From: Anaeromyxobacter sp.
Lineage (GTDB): Bacteria; Myxococcota; Myxococcia; Myxococcales; Anaeromyxobacteraceae
NCBI GenBank assembly: GCA_049840735.1
Contig: JASGJN010000017.1
Location: 480,001-544,000 of the forward strand
Direction: 5' to 3'
DNA length: 64,000 nt
This document shows positions 51,728 to 61,451 of this stretch, in pieces. The stretch's first letter is position 1. The number at the start of each line of letters is the position of its first letter. The notes under the pieces were generated by a model, which worked only from the letters and a program-made list of their open reading frames with translations, was not told the DNA's origin and made no database searches. Both the position numbers and the translations under genes were made by a program.

Positions 51728-52648
51728 ATGCGCGTCACCGACCGGATGATCTTCGACGCCGCCACCCTCAACTCCGGGCGCGCCCAGGAGCGGGCGCAGC
51801 AGGCCACGCAGGTGGCCACCACCGGCGTCCGGGTGGTGCACCCGGGCGACGACCCGGCCGCCGCGGCCCTGGTCTCGGCCGAGCGGGGCCGGGTGACCCG
51901 GCTCGACGCCATCGCCACCGCCACCGGCCGCGCCTCCGACGAGCTGGCCGCGGCGGACGGCGCGCTGGACGAGGTGGGCAACCTCATCTCCCGCGCCCGC
52001 GAGCTGGCGGTGCAGCTCTCCACCTCCACCTACGACGCGGCCGATCGCGCCGCCGGGGCCAAGGAGGTCCAGGGGATCATCCAGTCGGTGGTGGCCAGCC
52101 TGAACGTGAAGGTGGGCAACCGCTACGTGCTGGCCGGCAACGCCGACGGCGCGCCCCCGTTCGCGCCGGTGACCTTCGACGCGCTGGGCAACGTGGACCC
52201 GGTGGCCACCGGCGCCTACGCCGGCGACGCCGGCGTGCGGCAGGTGGAGATCGCCCCCGGCGTGCTGCAGGACGCCAGCGTGCGGGCCGACGTGGCCATG
52301 AAGGGCGCCGGCGGCGGCGTGGACGTGCTCGCCACCCTGGCCGCGCTGGCCAACGCCCTCTCCGCCAACGACCCGGTCGCCACCTCCGCCACGCTCACCA
52401 ACCTGACGGCCGGGACCACCCAGCTGGCCAGCGCGCGCGGCCAGGCCGGCGCGAGCATGGCGGCGCTGGACGCGGCCGCCGCGGCCAACAAGACGGCGCG
52501 CGACGACGCCAAGGTGCGCATCGGCAACCTGGCCGACGCCGACACCATCCAGGCCGCCAGCGAGCTGGCCCTGGCGCAGCGGGCGCTGGACGCGGCCCTG
52601 ACCGCCTCGGCCAAGAGCTTCCAGCTGTCCCTGCTGAACAAGCTCTAG
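51728..52648 (+). CDS. flgL: hook-associated protein FlgL
   Basis: MRVTDRM..ATTG.RV..PGDDP..NRYVLAG..LSLLNKL; follows flgK. Confidence 0.92.
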   Translation: MRVTDRMIFDAATLNSGRAQERAQQATQVATTGVRVVHPGDDPAAAALVSAERGRVTRLDAIATATGRASDELAAADGALDEVGNLISRARELAVQLSTSTYDAADRAAGAKEVQGIIQSVVASLNVKVGNRYVLAGNADGAPPFAPVTFDALGNVDPVATGAYAGDAGVRQVEIAPGVLQDASVRADVAMKGAGGGVDVLATLAALANALSANDPVATSATLTNLTAGTTQLASARGQAGASMAALDAAAAANKTARDDAKVRIGNLADADTIQAASELALAQRALDAALTASAKSFQLSLLNKL

Positions 52649-52655
52649 GCGCCCC

Positions 52656-54863
52656 GTGCCGCTCGCCTCGCCCACGCTCACGCCGCAGGGCTCCGCCGCC
52701 TCGCTGGCGCGGCGCGGGCTCTCGGCCGTGCTGCGCTGGCGGCTGCGGCGCGTGCTGCCCGGGCTGGTCCCGGCGCGCGCCATCGACGCGGCCCACTTCG
52801 CGCCGGTGCTGCTGCACGCCTCCTTCCAGCAGGGCACGCTGCGGGCCGAGGCGCCGGGCGTGGCCGGCCTGCGCTACCGGCGCCGCTGGGCCAGCCTGGC
52901 GCGGGCCTTCGAGCTGCCGCCGCCCTGGCGCGCCCAGCGCAACCCGCCCATGGTCGAGGCGGTGCTGGCGGTGCCCGGCGGCCCCGGCCTGGACCTCTAC
53001 GCCGTCACCAGCCCCGGCCTGGCCCGCGGCGACCTGGGCTGGGTTGAGGAGCGCGCGGCGCTGGCCGAATCGGTGCTGGCCGGCGCCGGCGTGGCGCTGC
53101 ACGTGATCGAGCCCGCCGAGCTGGAGCGCGCCCCCATGCTGGCCCACCGGCTGGTGCTCTGGGGCGCCGTGGCCGGCGGCCGCCTGGGCGGGACCGCCTG
53201 GAGCGCGCTGGAGGCGGGCGGGCGGCGGCCGGTGCTGCCGGCCCACGCCGTGGCCCTGGCGGCGGGCGCGCCGACCCCGCTCTGCGCCCTGGCGCTGACG
53301 CTGCTGCCCGAGCACCCGGCCCCGCCGCCGCTCGAGGCGACCCACCGGCTGCTCCGGACCGGCACCCCGGTGCCGCGGCTGGCCGAGCCGGGCTTCCTGG
53401 CGGTGCAGTGGGCGGGCACGGCCGCGCCCGCCCACGCCGCGGCGCTGGGCCGGGTGCTGGCGCTGGCCGAGGAGCCGGGCACGGCCCAGCTGGCCGAGGT
53501 GCTGGGGCTGGCGGCCGCGCTGTCGGTCCCGCTGGCGCGCGCGGTGCGCAGCCGGGGCGAGGGGCTGGACGCCCGCGCCCGCGCGGCCTGGCGCGAGCGG
53601 CTGGGGCCGGACCTGCCGCGCGCGCTGGCCCCGGCGCTGGCCGCCTGCCTCGCGGGCGGGGAGCGGCTCGAGACCGGGCTGCACAGCGTGGGCCGGCAGA
53701 CCGAGGTGAGGCTGGCCGGCGGGCCGGCGCTGGGGCGCGGCGGCACGCCGGTCCAGGCGCGGGTCCGAGCGCTCTCGGTGCTGGCCGGCGCGGCGCTGGA
53801 GCCGCTCCTGGCCCACGCCGAGCCGCCCTGGGACGCGGTCGCCTCGCGGCTGGTGCAGGCGCGGGAGGGACGCTCGCTCCTGCTGGTGGTCGAGCCGGCC
53901 ACGCCGGCGGGGCCGCCCTACGACCCGCTCAACCGCGGGCCGGAGCGCGCGCTGGCCTTCCCCGGCGCGCTGGCGGTCCGGCTGGCCCCGGGCCGCCGCC
54001 CCACGGCGCGGGTGCTGACGGCGCCGGAGGTGATCGAGCGGCTGGTCACCGAGGCGCGGCAGACGCGGGTCGAGGTGCTGGGCGCCCGCAGCGAGGCCCA
54101 GCCGGTCGCGGCGCGGCTGGCGCAGTTCGCGGCGCTGCTGCGCGAGGCCGGCGACTCCCCGGTGGCGCTGGAGGCCGGCGGCCGGGTGCTGCTGGTGGAG
54201 GGGCCGCGCGTGCGCCGGCTCACCCTCGACCGGCTGGCCTCGCGCCCGCGCCGCTTCCGGCCGGATCCGGACGCGCCGGACCTGGTGCTGGCCCCCGGCG
54301 AGCGCCGCCCCTCCGGCCTCGGCGGCAGCGCGGTCGTCACCTGCCGCGCGCACGCGCTGGACGCCAGCCGCGCCGCGGTGGTCTACGCCGACCAGGCCGG
54401 CGCGTACCTGCGCGAGGTGGTCTTCCTCTCCGACCTGGAGGCGCACCTGCGCGAGGGGCGCGACCTGCTGCAGGCCGCCGATCCGCGCGCCATCCTGGCC
54501 ATCCACCTGGCCGACGAGCTGGAGCTGGCCATCCGCCGCGCCGGGCCGCCGGGGACCCCGCTCCCGCTGTCGGTCCGCGCGCGCCTGCCCTTCGACCTGC
54601 AGATCGAGGTGGGCGGCGAGTGGTACGGCGGGTCGACCGGGCGGAGCTGGCGCGCCGCGTCGCTGGCGTTCCTGGGGCGCTGGCCCCGCGGGGCCGAGGC
54701 CCGCATCTCGGTCGCGGGCGTCAACGCCGTGGCGCGGGGCCGCCGTCAGGGCGGCCTGCTCGCCCTGTATACCCGCGCGCTGGCCATCCGACGCCTGCGC
54801 ACCCACCTCGTCCGGACGTTACGGGCTTATCAAGCTCCCCGGCCGCGCCGAAGCGGAGGGTGA
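52656..54863 (+). CDS. 735-aa class I adenylate cyclase-like protein, apparently catalytically degenerate
   Basis: By eye, the N-terminus aligns with CyaA class I (RWRLRRVL, PVLLH, APGV, VEAVLAV..LDLYAV, AESVLAGAGV), but the GS..Q..SDLD loop and DEFYR motif are missing. Confidence 0.6.
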   Translation: MPLASPTLTPQGSAASLARRGLSAVLRWRLRRVLPGLVPARAIDAAHFAPVLLHASFQQGTLRAEAPGVAGLRYRRRWASLARAFELPPPWRAQRNPPMVEAVLAVPGGPGLDLYAVTSPGLARGDLGWVEERAALAESVLAGAGVALHVIEPAELERAPMLAHRLVLWGAVAGGRLGGTAWSALEAGGRRPVLPAHAVALAAGAPTPLCALALTLLPEHPAPPPLEATHRLLRTGTPVPRLAEPGFLAVQWAGTAAPAHAAALGRVLALAEEPGTAQLAEVLGLAAALSVPLARAVRSRGEGLDARARAAWRERLGPDLPRALAPALAACLAGGERLETGLHSVGRQTEVRLAGGPALGRGGTPVQARVRALSVLAGAALEPLLAHAEPPWDAVASRLVQAREGRSLLLVVEPATPAGPPYDPLNRGPERALAFPGALAVRLAPGRRPTARVLTAPEVIERLVTEARQTRVEVLGARSEAQPVAARLAQFAALLREAGDSPVALEAGGRVLLVEGPRVRRLTLDRLASRPRRFRPDPDAPDLVLAPGERRPSGLGGSAVVTCRAHALDASRAAVVYADQAGAYLREVVFLSDLEAHLREGRDLLQAADPRAILAIHLADELELAIRRAGPPGTPLPLSVRARLPFDLQIEVGGEWYGGSTGRSWRAASLAFLGRWPRGAEARISVAGVNAVARGRRQGGLLALYTRALAIRRLRTHLVRTLRAYQAPRPRRSGG
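54826..54854 (+). promoter_or_regulatory. sigma28 promoter for flagellin 1
   Basis: CTTATC-N15-GCCGAAGC, same spacing as the other three sites. Confidence 0.6.
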
Positions 54864-54905
54864 GGGCGACCAGACCGTTCGCCCCCACCAACCAAGGGAG
54901 AAGCA

Positions 54906-55727
54906 ATGGCACTGTCAATCCGGACGAACGTTGCGTCGCTCAACGCGCAGCGCAACCTGTCCCAGACGTCGAGCACCCTCGACTCGTCGATGTCCCGCCT
55001 GTCCTCCGGCTACCGCATCACGCGGGCCGGTGACGACGCCGCCGGCCTCGGCATCAGCACCAAGCTCGAGGCGCAGATCAAGAGCTACAACCAGGCGCAG
55101 CGCAACGCCAACGACGGCATGTCGGTGCTGCAGACCACCGAGGCCTCGCTGAACGAGACGGCGAACATCCTCACCCGCCTCCGCGAGCTGGCCATGCAGT
55201 CGGCCTCCGACGGCATCGGCGCCTCCGAGCGCGCCTACATCACCACCGAGGCGACGCAGCTGACCTCGGAGATCGACCGCATCGCGCAGACCACCAAGTT
55301 CAACGGCACCAACCTGCTCAGCGGCGCGAGCACCCTGAGCTTCAAGGTCGGCGTCGAGGACACCACGAACGACCAGATCTCGTTCGCGACCATCAACGCC
55401 ACCACCACCTCGCTGGGCGTGAACGCGCTCAACCTGGGCACGATCAACGGCGCCTCCTCGGCGCTGACCACGATCGACTCCGCCATCTCGACCGTCTCGA
55501 CCGCCCGCTCCACCCTGGGCGCCGCCGGCAACCGGTTCCAGAGCGCGATCAACAACATCCAGTCCTACACGGAGGCCATCTCGGCCGCCAACAGCCGCAT
55601 CAAGGACGTGGACGTGGCCGAGGAGACCAGCCGCATGGCCCGCGCCAACATCCTGCAGCAGGCCGGCGTCAGCGTGTTGGCCCAGGCCAACCAGCAGCCG
55701 CAGCTCGCCCTGAAGCTCCTGGGGTAA
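54906..55727 (+). CDS. fliC: flagellin (short, 273 aa)
   Basis: IRTNVASLNAQRNL..RLSSGYRI..DDAAGLGIS..RLRELAMQS..SRIKDVDVAEE..ILQQAG.SVLAQANQ. Confidence 0.98.
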   Translation: MALSIRTNVASLNAQRNLSQTSSTLDSSMSRLSSGYRITRAGDDAAGLGISTKLEAQIKSYNQAQRNANDGMSVLQTTEASLNETANILTRLRELAMQSASDGIGASERAYITTEATQLTSEIDRIAQTTKFNGTNLLSGASTLSFKVGVEDTTNDQISFATINATTTSLGVNALNLGTINGASSALTTIDSAISTVSTARSTLGAAGNRFQSAINNIQSYTEAISAANSRIKDVDVAEETSRMARANILQQAGVSVLAQANQQPQLALKLLG

Positions 55728-55743
55728 GCTAGTCCGGAGTTCC

Positions 55744-55786
55744 CTCCGCGCCGTCCCCCGGCACACCGCCGGGGGGCGGCACGGAG
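55744..55786 (+). terminator. GC-rich hairpin after fliC1 (terminator or mRNA stabiliser)
   Basis: CTCCGCGCCGTCCCCCGGC..GCCGGGGGGCGGCACGGAG; no U-tract. Confidence 0.55.
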
Positions 55787-55801
55787 CTCGAGAGGGTCAC
55801 C

Positions 55802-57167
55802 ATGGCAGACGCCACCTTCCGTGCCAGCGGTCTCGCGACCGGCATGGACACGAACTCGATCATCGAGCAGCTGGTCACCCTCGAGAAGCGCCCCATCACC
55901 CTGCTGCAGACGCAGCAGTCCGGCATCAAGACGCAGATCTCCGCGCTCGCCGACATCATGTCCGCGCTGACCGCGCTCAACACCGCGGTCCAGGACCTGA
56001 AAGACCAACGGCGTCTTCGCGAACAAGACCACCTCCACCAACACCGCCTTCTCCGCCGCCGCAGGCAGCGAGGCCGTGGCCGGGCGCTACAGCGTCCAGG
56101 TCGGCACGCTGGCCAAGGCGGCCAAGTGGCGCTCGGACGCCACCGGCTTCGCCAGCACCGACGTGGTGCAGGGCGGGCAGCTGACGCTCTCGGTGCAGGG
56201 CAAGACCTACGATCCCATCACCATCACCGACGGCGCCTCCCTGGCGGACGTGGCCTACGCCATCCGCAACAGCGGCGCGCCGGTGTCCGCCGTGGTGCTC
56301 TCCGACGGGACCCGCTCCTACCTCTCGCTCACCGCCCGCGACACCGGCCACCCCATCGGCCAGGACCCCTCCACCGCGCTGGGCGTCGCCTTCACGCCGG
56401 CCAACGGGGCCACCGGGCGCTCGCTCGGCCTCTACCAGGCCGAGGCGGCCACCAACGCCACCTTCACGGTGGACAGCCTCCAGTTCACGCGCACCAGCAA
56501 CACGGTGTCCGACGCGGTGCCCGGCACGACCCTGACCCTCTCGAAGGAGGGCGGCGCGGCGGAGGACCTGATCATCGGCCAGGACGCCGACGGCACCAAG
56601 GCCCGGCTCGACAAGTTCGTCAGCGCCTACAACGGCGCCATGAAGCTGGTGCAGCGCCAGCTGGCGGTCAACAAGGACACCGACCGCGCCGCGACGCTGG
56701 CCGGCGACGGCGCGGTGCGGGCGCTGCAGAGCTCGCTGCAGCGCGTGATCACCACGCAGGTGGGCAGCGCCACGGTGCGGACGCTGGCCGACCTGGGGCT
56801 CAAGACCGCCCGCGACGGCAGCCTGTCCATCGACACCACGCTGATGAAGGCGGCGCTGGATCGGGACCCGGCCGCGGTCAACGCGCTCTTCAACACCCAG
56901 TCCACCGGCCTGGCCGCGGTGGTCGATCAGCTGGTCAAGGTGCAGACCCGCTCCGGCGACGGCATCCTGGTCTCGCGGCAGGACTCGCTCAACCGGCGCA
57001 TCAAGGACATCGACGACGACATCGCCGTCAAGCAGCGCCGGCTCACCGCCTTCCAGGAGAACCTGGTCAAGCAGTTCACGGCCATGGAGACCACGGTGAG
57101 CAGCCTCAAGAGCACCGGCACCTTCCTCACCAACTGGGCCAACCAGAGCTCGAGCTCCTCCAAGTGA
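55802..57167 (+). CDS. fliD: filament cap protein FliD; frameshift near 56000
   Basis: SGLATGMDTNSIIEQLV..E; AGRYSVQVGTLA; NTVSDAVPG.TLTL; FVSAYN; QFTAME. Confidence 0.95.
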
Positions 57168-57460
57168 GCGCGATGGGCCAGGCCGGCGGGACCCCCACCC
57201 TGCAGCAGCTGCTCGCCTCGGTCGAGGCCGCGCTGGCGGCCGGCGACGCGCCGGCGGCGGCGGCGGCGGCGGCGCAGCTGGAGGGGCTGTGTGCGGCGAT
57301 GTCGGCGCGCGGCGAGCGGCCGGCGCCCGAGCCCCTGCGCGAGCTGCTGGTGGCCCACGCCCGCGCGCTGGCCGCCGCGGACGGGCTGCGGGCCGGCCTG
57401 GCGGGCGATCTGGGCCGCCTCTCGGTGACGCGGCGGGCCATCTCCGCCTACGAGCGGTGA
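57164..57460 (+). CDS. small helical protein, possible FliT-like chaperone
   Basis: 98 aa, coupled to the fliD stop (GTGA); ends RRAISAYER; syntenic position of fliT. Confidence 0.55.
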   Translation: MSAMGQAGGTPTLQQLLASVEAALAAGDAPAAAAAAAQLEGLCAAMSARGERPAPEPLRELLVAHARALAAADGLRAGLAGDLGRLSVTRRAISAYER

Positions 57461-57478
57461 CCCGGCCGTTCCTGCCCA

Positions 57479-57507
57479 CTTAAGTGGCCGCAGGGACGTG
57501 ACGAATC
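57479..57507 (+). promoter_or_regulatory. sigma28 promoter for flagellin 2
   Basis: CTTAAG-N15-GACGAATC. Confidence 0.75.
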
Positions 57508-57556
57508 CTGGGTTGAAGGGCGAACGAGAGCATCGCCCTAACACTCGGAGGAAGTC

Positions 57557-58381
57557 ATGGCCCTGTCAATCCGTACCAACGTCGCCTCGCTGAACGCGCA
57601 GCGGAACCTGTCCCAGACCTCGAGCACCCTCGACTCGTCGATGTCGCGGCTGTCCTCGGGCTACCGCATCACCAAGGCGGGCGACGACGCCGCCGGCCTC
57701 GGCATCAGCACCAAGCTCGAGGCGCAGAATCCGCAGCTACAACCAGGCGCAGCGCAACGCCAACGACGGCATGTCGGTGCTGCAGACCACCGAGGCCTCG
57801 CTGAACGAGACGGCGAACATCCTCACCCGCCTGCGCGAGCTGGCCATGCAGTCGGCCTCCGACGGCATCGGCAACTCGGAGCGCAACTACATCGTCACCG
57901 AGGCGACGCAGCTGACCTGGGAATCGACCGCATCGCCAACACCACCAAGTTCAACGGCACCTCGCTGCTGAACGGCGCGACCACCCTGACCTTCAAGGTC
58001 GGCGTCGAGGACACGGTCAACGACCAGATCTCGTTCGCGACGGTCAACGCCACCACCACCGCGCTGGGCCTGGGCGCCATGTCGCTGGCCAACATCAACA
58101 ACGCCTCCAGCGCGCTGACCACCATCGACTCCGCCCTCTCGGTCGTCTCCACCGCCCGCTCCACCCTGGGCGCCGCCGGCAACCGGTTCACGAGCGCGAT
58201 CAACAACATCCAGTCCTTCACCGAGGCCATCTCCGCCGCCAACGCGCGCATCAAGGACGTGGACGTGGCCGAGGAGACCAGCCGCATGGCCCGCGCCAAC
58301 ATCCTGCAGCAGGCCGGCGTCAGCGTGTTGGCCCAGGCCAACCAGCAGCCGCAGCTCGCCCTCAAGCTCCTCGGCGGGTAA
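57557..58381 (+). CDS. fliC: second flagellin; compensating frameshifts near 57728 and 57920
   Basis: Close paralogue of 54906..55727; the middle segment is in ORF 57771..57971. Confidence 0.97.
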   Translation: MALSIRTNVASLNAQRNLSQTSSTLDSSMSRLSSGYRITKAGDDAAGLGISTKLEAQNPQLQPGAAQRQRRHVGAADHRGLAERDGEHPHPPARAGHAVGLRRHRQLGAQLHRHRGDAADLGIDRIANTTKFNGTSLLNGATTLTFKVGVEDTVNDQISFATVNATTTALGLGAMSLANINNASSALTTIDSALSVVSTARSTLGAAGNRFTSAINNIQSFTEAISAANARIKDVDVAEETSRMARANILQQAGVSVLAQANQQPQLALKLLGG

Positions 58382-58463
58382 GGCGCAGCTTCCGGAAGGC
58401 CGCCCCCAGCGATGAGCGGGGGGCGGCCCCCGAACCAGAACGACGACAGGATGAGGTGAGCCG

Positions 58464-58851
58464 ATGAACCCCGCCGCACGCCGCTACGCCCAGGCCGCAC
58501 GCGAGAACCGCCTCCCCCGAGCGCCTGATGGTGCTCCTGTTCCAGGCAGCCCTCCGGAACATCCGCACCGGGACCGCAGCGCTCGAGTCCCATCAGCACC
58601 TGGAGGCCGGCCGCGCGTTCACCAAGGCCTCGGACATCGTGGTGGAGCTGCACGCCACCCTCGACCGGACCAAGGCCCCTGAGCTGTGCGACCAGCTCGG
58701 CGAGATCTACCGCTTCGTCACCGGCCGTCTCAGCGCCGCGGCGCTCTCCCGCGACGTGAAGGCCGCCCGGGAGGCCGAGCGGGTGTTCGCCCCCATCGCG
58801 GAAGCGTTCGAGTCCGCGGTGGCCTCGCTGAACGCGAGCGCCTCGAGGTAA
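58464..58851 (+). CDS. fliS: flagellin chaperone FliS; frameshift near 58506
   Basis: ARRYAQ..ASPERLMVLLFQAAL..KASDIVVELHATLD..LGEIYRF. Confidence 0.92.
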
Positions 58852-58879
58852 GCCGGAGCACCTCAGGCCCATCGTCGGG

Positions 58880-58909
58880 AAGCGGCTCCGCGAGGGGCCG
58901 CTTTCTTTA
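58880..58909 (+). terminator. intrinsic terminator after fliS
   Basis: AGCGGCTCC-GCGA-GGGGCCGCT followed by TTCTTTA. Confidence 0.8.
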
Positions 58910-58954
58910 TGTGCGTTCGGCGCTGGGCCTCGGGCGTCAGGCCTGACCCGCCCC

Positions 58955-60269
58955 CTACCCCAGCGCCTTCGCCCGCTCCAGGAAGAGGCGCGCGTCCGCC
59001 TCGGCCCCCAGGTCGTGCGCGGCCCGCGCGGCGAGCGCCCAGGCCGCGGCCACGCCGGCCACCATCAGCGGCTGCAGCAGCGCCAGCGCGCCGCCCGGGT
59101 CACTGCCCACGAGGCAGGCCTCGGCCTCGCCGAGCACCACCTTGTCGCCGGCCCCGGCCTGCCGCGCGCGCACGAAGACCTGGCGCGCCTGCGCCGCATC
59201 CCCGGCCAGCAGGAGCGCCGTGCCCAGCCGGGCCAGGGCCTCGGCCTCGGTCACCAGCAGGACCTGGGGGAAGCCGCCCCGGGCCAGCGCGTCCAGGGTC
59301 TTGCGGTAGGCGGCGGTGGCCCGCTCCAGCAGCGCGGCGCGGTCCGCCGCGCCGGCGGGGGCCGCGGTGGCCTCCAGCTCCCACGCGCAGCCGCGGAGGA
59401 AGTCGTAGTCCGGGTTGGGCCCCTCGTGCGCCTCGGCCCGGTCCACCGACTCGCGGGCCCGGGCCGGCGCGCCCTGGTTGACCGCGGCCAGCGCGCGGCC
59501 CACCGCCAGCCGGCGGATGGAGCGGTGGGGCGGCTGGGAGGGCAGGAGCGCCCACCCCTGCTCCGCCACCTCGGCGGCATCGGCGAAGCGCCGCGTGCCG
59601 GCCAGCTCGATGGCCAGGTAGGCGATGGGGACGATGCTGTCCGGCTCCTGCGCCATGCGCCGCCGCAGCAGCGCCTCGTTGCGCGCCCGCTTGTTCCGGT
59701 CGTCCTGGACGCCGTCCACGTAGCCCAGGTGCACCACGTCCGCCGGCAGCTTGCGCAGCTTGTTGCCGTGCCGCGCCGCCCACTCCGAGACGTCCTCGTG
59801 GACCGCTCCCTCGTAGCGCAGGTCGGGCGCGCGCCGGATCACCCGCGGCAGGAGGTTGGGCGAGCCCAGCCGCAGGGCGCCGGAGAGCACCTCGGCCTCG
59901 GGCGCGTCCAGCCGGGTGGCGTTGTGCAGGCGGACCAGCCCCACGTCGAAGCCGCCCTGGCGGATGGCCTCGCGGATGGCCTTCCCCGCTCCCGCCGCCA
60001 GCCGCTCGTCGGCGTCGAGCTGCAGGATCCACTCGCCGCTGGCCCGCTCCGCCGCCAGGTTGCGAGGGGCCGCGAAGTCGTCGTCCCAGGGGCGCTCCAG
60101 CACCAGCGCCCCGGCCTCGGCGGCCAGCGCGCGGGACCGGTCGGTCGAGCCGGTGTCGACCAGGACGATTCTCGTCCACCACCCCTCGGACCGAGGCCAG
60201 GCAGCCCGGCAGGAAGCGCTCCTCGTTCCGGGCGATCATGCAGAGGCTGAGCCTGGGGCGCTTGGACAT
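58955..60269 (-). CDS. GT2 glycosyltransferase with TPR-like C-terminus (putative flagellin glycosyltransferase); frameshift near 60168
   Basis: LSLCMIARNEERFLPGCL..DTGSTD..WDDDFAAPRN..WILQLDADE..YEGAVHE..HLGY, then helical repeats. Confidence 0.88.
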
Positions 60270-60527
60270 GGCGCCGATTGTACACGGGGACCGGCGCGGA
60301 GCCTCGGCGCCGCCCCCGGCGCGGCGCGCTCCGCGGCGTGGACGGCAGCGCCGGCCCCGGCCGGACCGCGCCCAGCGACCCGGTGGGGAACCGGACGCTC
60401 GCCTGAAGCTCGCGCGCCCGCGCCAGCGGATCCGGGATGCCGTGGGTGGCGCCGGGGATGGGCAGCAGCTGGTAGGGCCGCCCGGCCCGGAACCGCGCCT
60501 CGGCCTACATCCCGGCGAACCCCTCGC

Positions 60528-60860
60528 TCAGCGCCCGCGCCGCGCGCCTCCGCCCGACTTGGCGCCGCCGGTGCGCCGCGCGGTGCCGGCGCGGGCGCTG
60601 CCGCTGCGGGACGCGCGCCGCCCGCCCGACTTGGCCGCGCCCGCCGCCCGGGCCCGGGCGCCGCGCCGCCGGCCACCCTTGCGGCCGATCTCGGAGAAGA
60701 ACTCCGGCCCGCGCCGCCGCAGGGTGGCCTGGCCGCCCTTGCGGCCCGCCTCGCTGCGCGAGCGGGTGCCAGCCGCCGCCTTGCGCCGCCGCCCGCCGCT
60801 CGACTGGGTCCGTCGCGCGCCGGTGCGCGCGCCGCGCTGCTGCGTCGTGGTCCTGGCCAT
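60528..60860 (-). CDS. Arg/Gly-rich KGG-motif stress protein
   Basis: SEAGRKGGQAT..GPEFFSEIGRKGG; ATG at 60860; in frame with mobB in this assembly. Confidence 0.75.
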   Translation of the reverse strand: MARTTTQQRGARTGARRTQSSGGRRRKAAAGTRSRSEAGRKGGQATLRRRGPEFFSEIGRKGGRRRGARARAAGAAKSGGRRASRSGSARAGTARRTGGAKSGGGARRGR

Positions 60861-61451
60861 GCGATCTCGCTTCCCGGGCGCAGACGTGCGCCCGCCTTCC
60901 ATCCCGGGGGGAAGGCTGCGCACGGGGGTGGGCCGAGGCAACCGACCCGCAGCGGCGCCTCCCAGCCCGAAGCGGTCACAGAGCAGCGCCGCCAGCGCCG
61001 CGGGGGTGCTGCGTGCGCCGGCGCGGAGCCAGGGCAGCGCGCGCGGCGGCGGCTCGTCCGCCACCACCGCCAGGACGCGGCGGTCCGACTCGCACAGGAA
61101 GGCGGGAGAGATCGCGCGCCGGCGCACCTCCACGCGCGGCACCGCGGCCGCACGCCAGCCCTCCACCAGCACCAGGTCCACCGCCGGCAGCCCGGCCAGC
61201 AGCGCGCGCGGCCCCGCGGCGGGTGGCCCGATCACCACCGTCCCCGCCGGCGCGGCCAGCGCCGTCGCGCTCGCCCCGGCCCGCCGGATCCGCGCGGTGT
61301 CCTTGCCCGGCGCGTCCAGCCGGTGGGCGTGGCGGGTGTGCTTCACCACGGCCACCTGCAGGCCGCGCGCGGTCAGCGCCCGCACCAGCGCCACCAGCAG
61401 GGTGGTCTTCCCCACCCCGCTCGGTCCGGCCACCGAGACCACCGGCGTCAC
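60861..61451 (-). CDS. mobB: molybdopterin-guanine dinucleotide biosynthesis protein MobB (3' end uncertain)
   Basis: VSVAGPSGVGKTTL..VAVVKHTRH..D..GKDT..AGA..DLVLVEGW; GTG overlaps the moeA stop. Confidence 0.88.
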
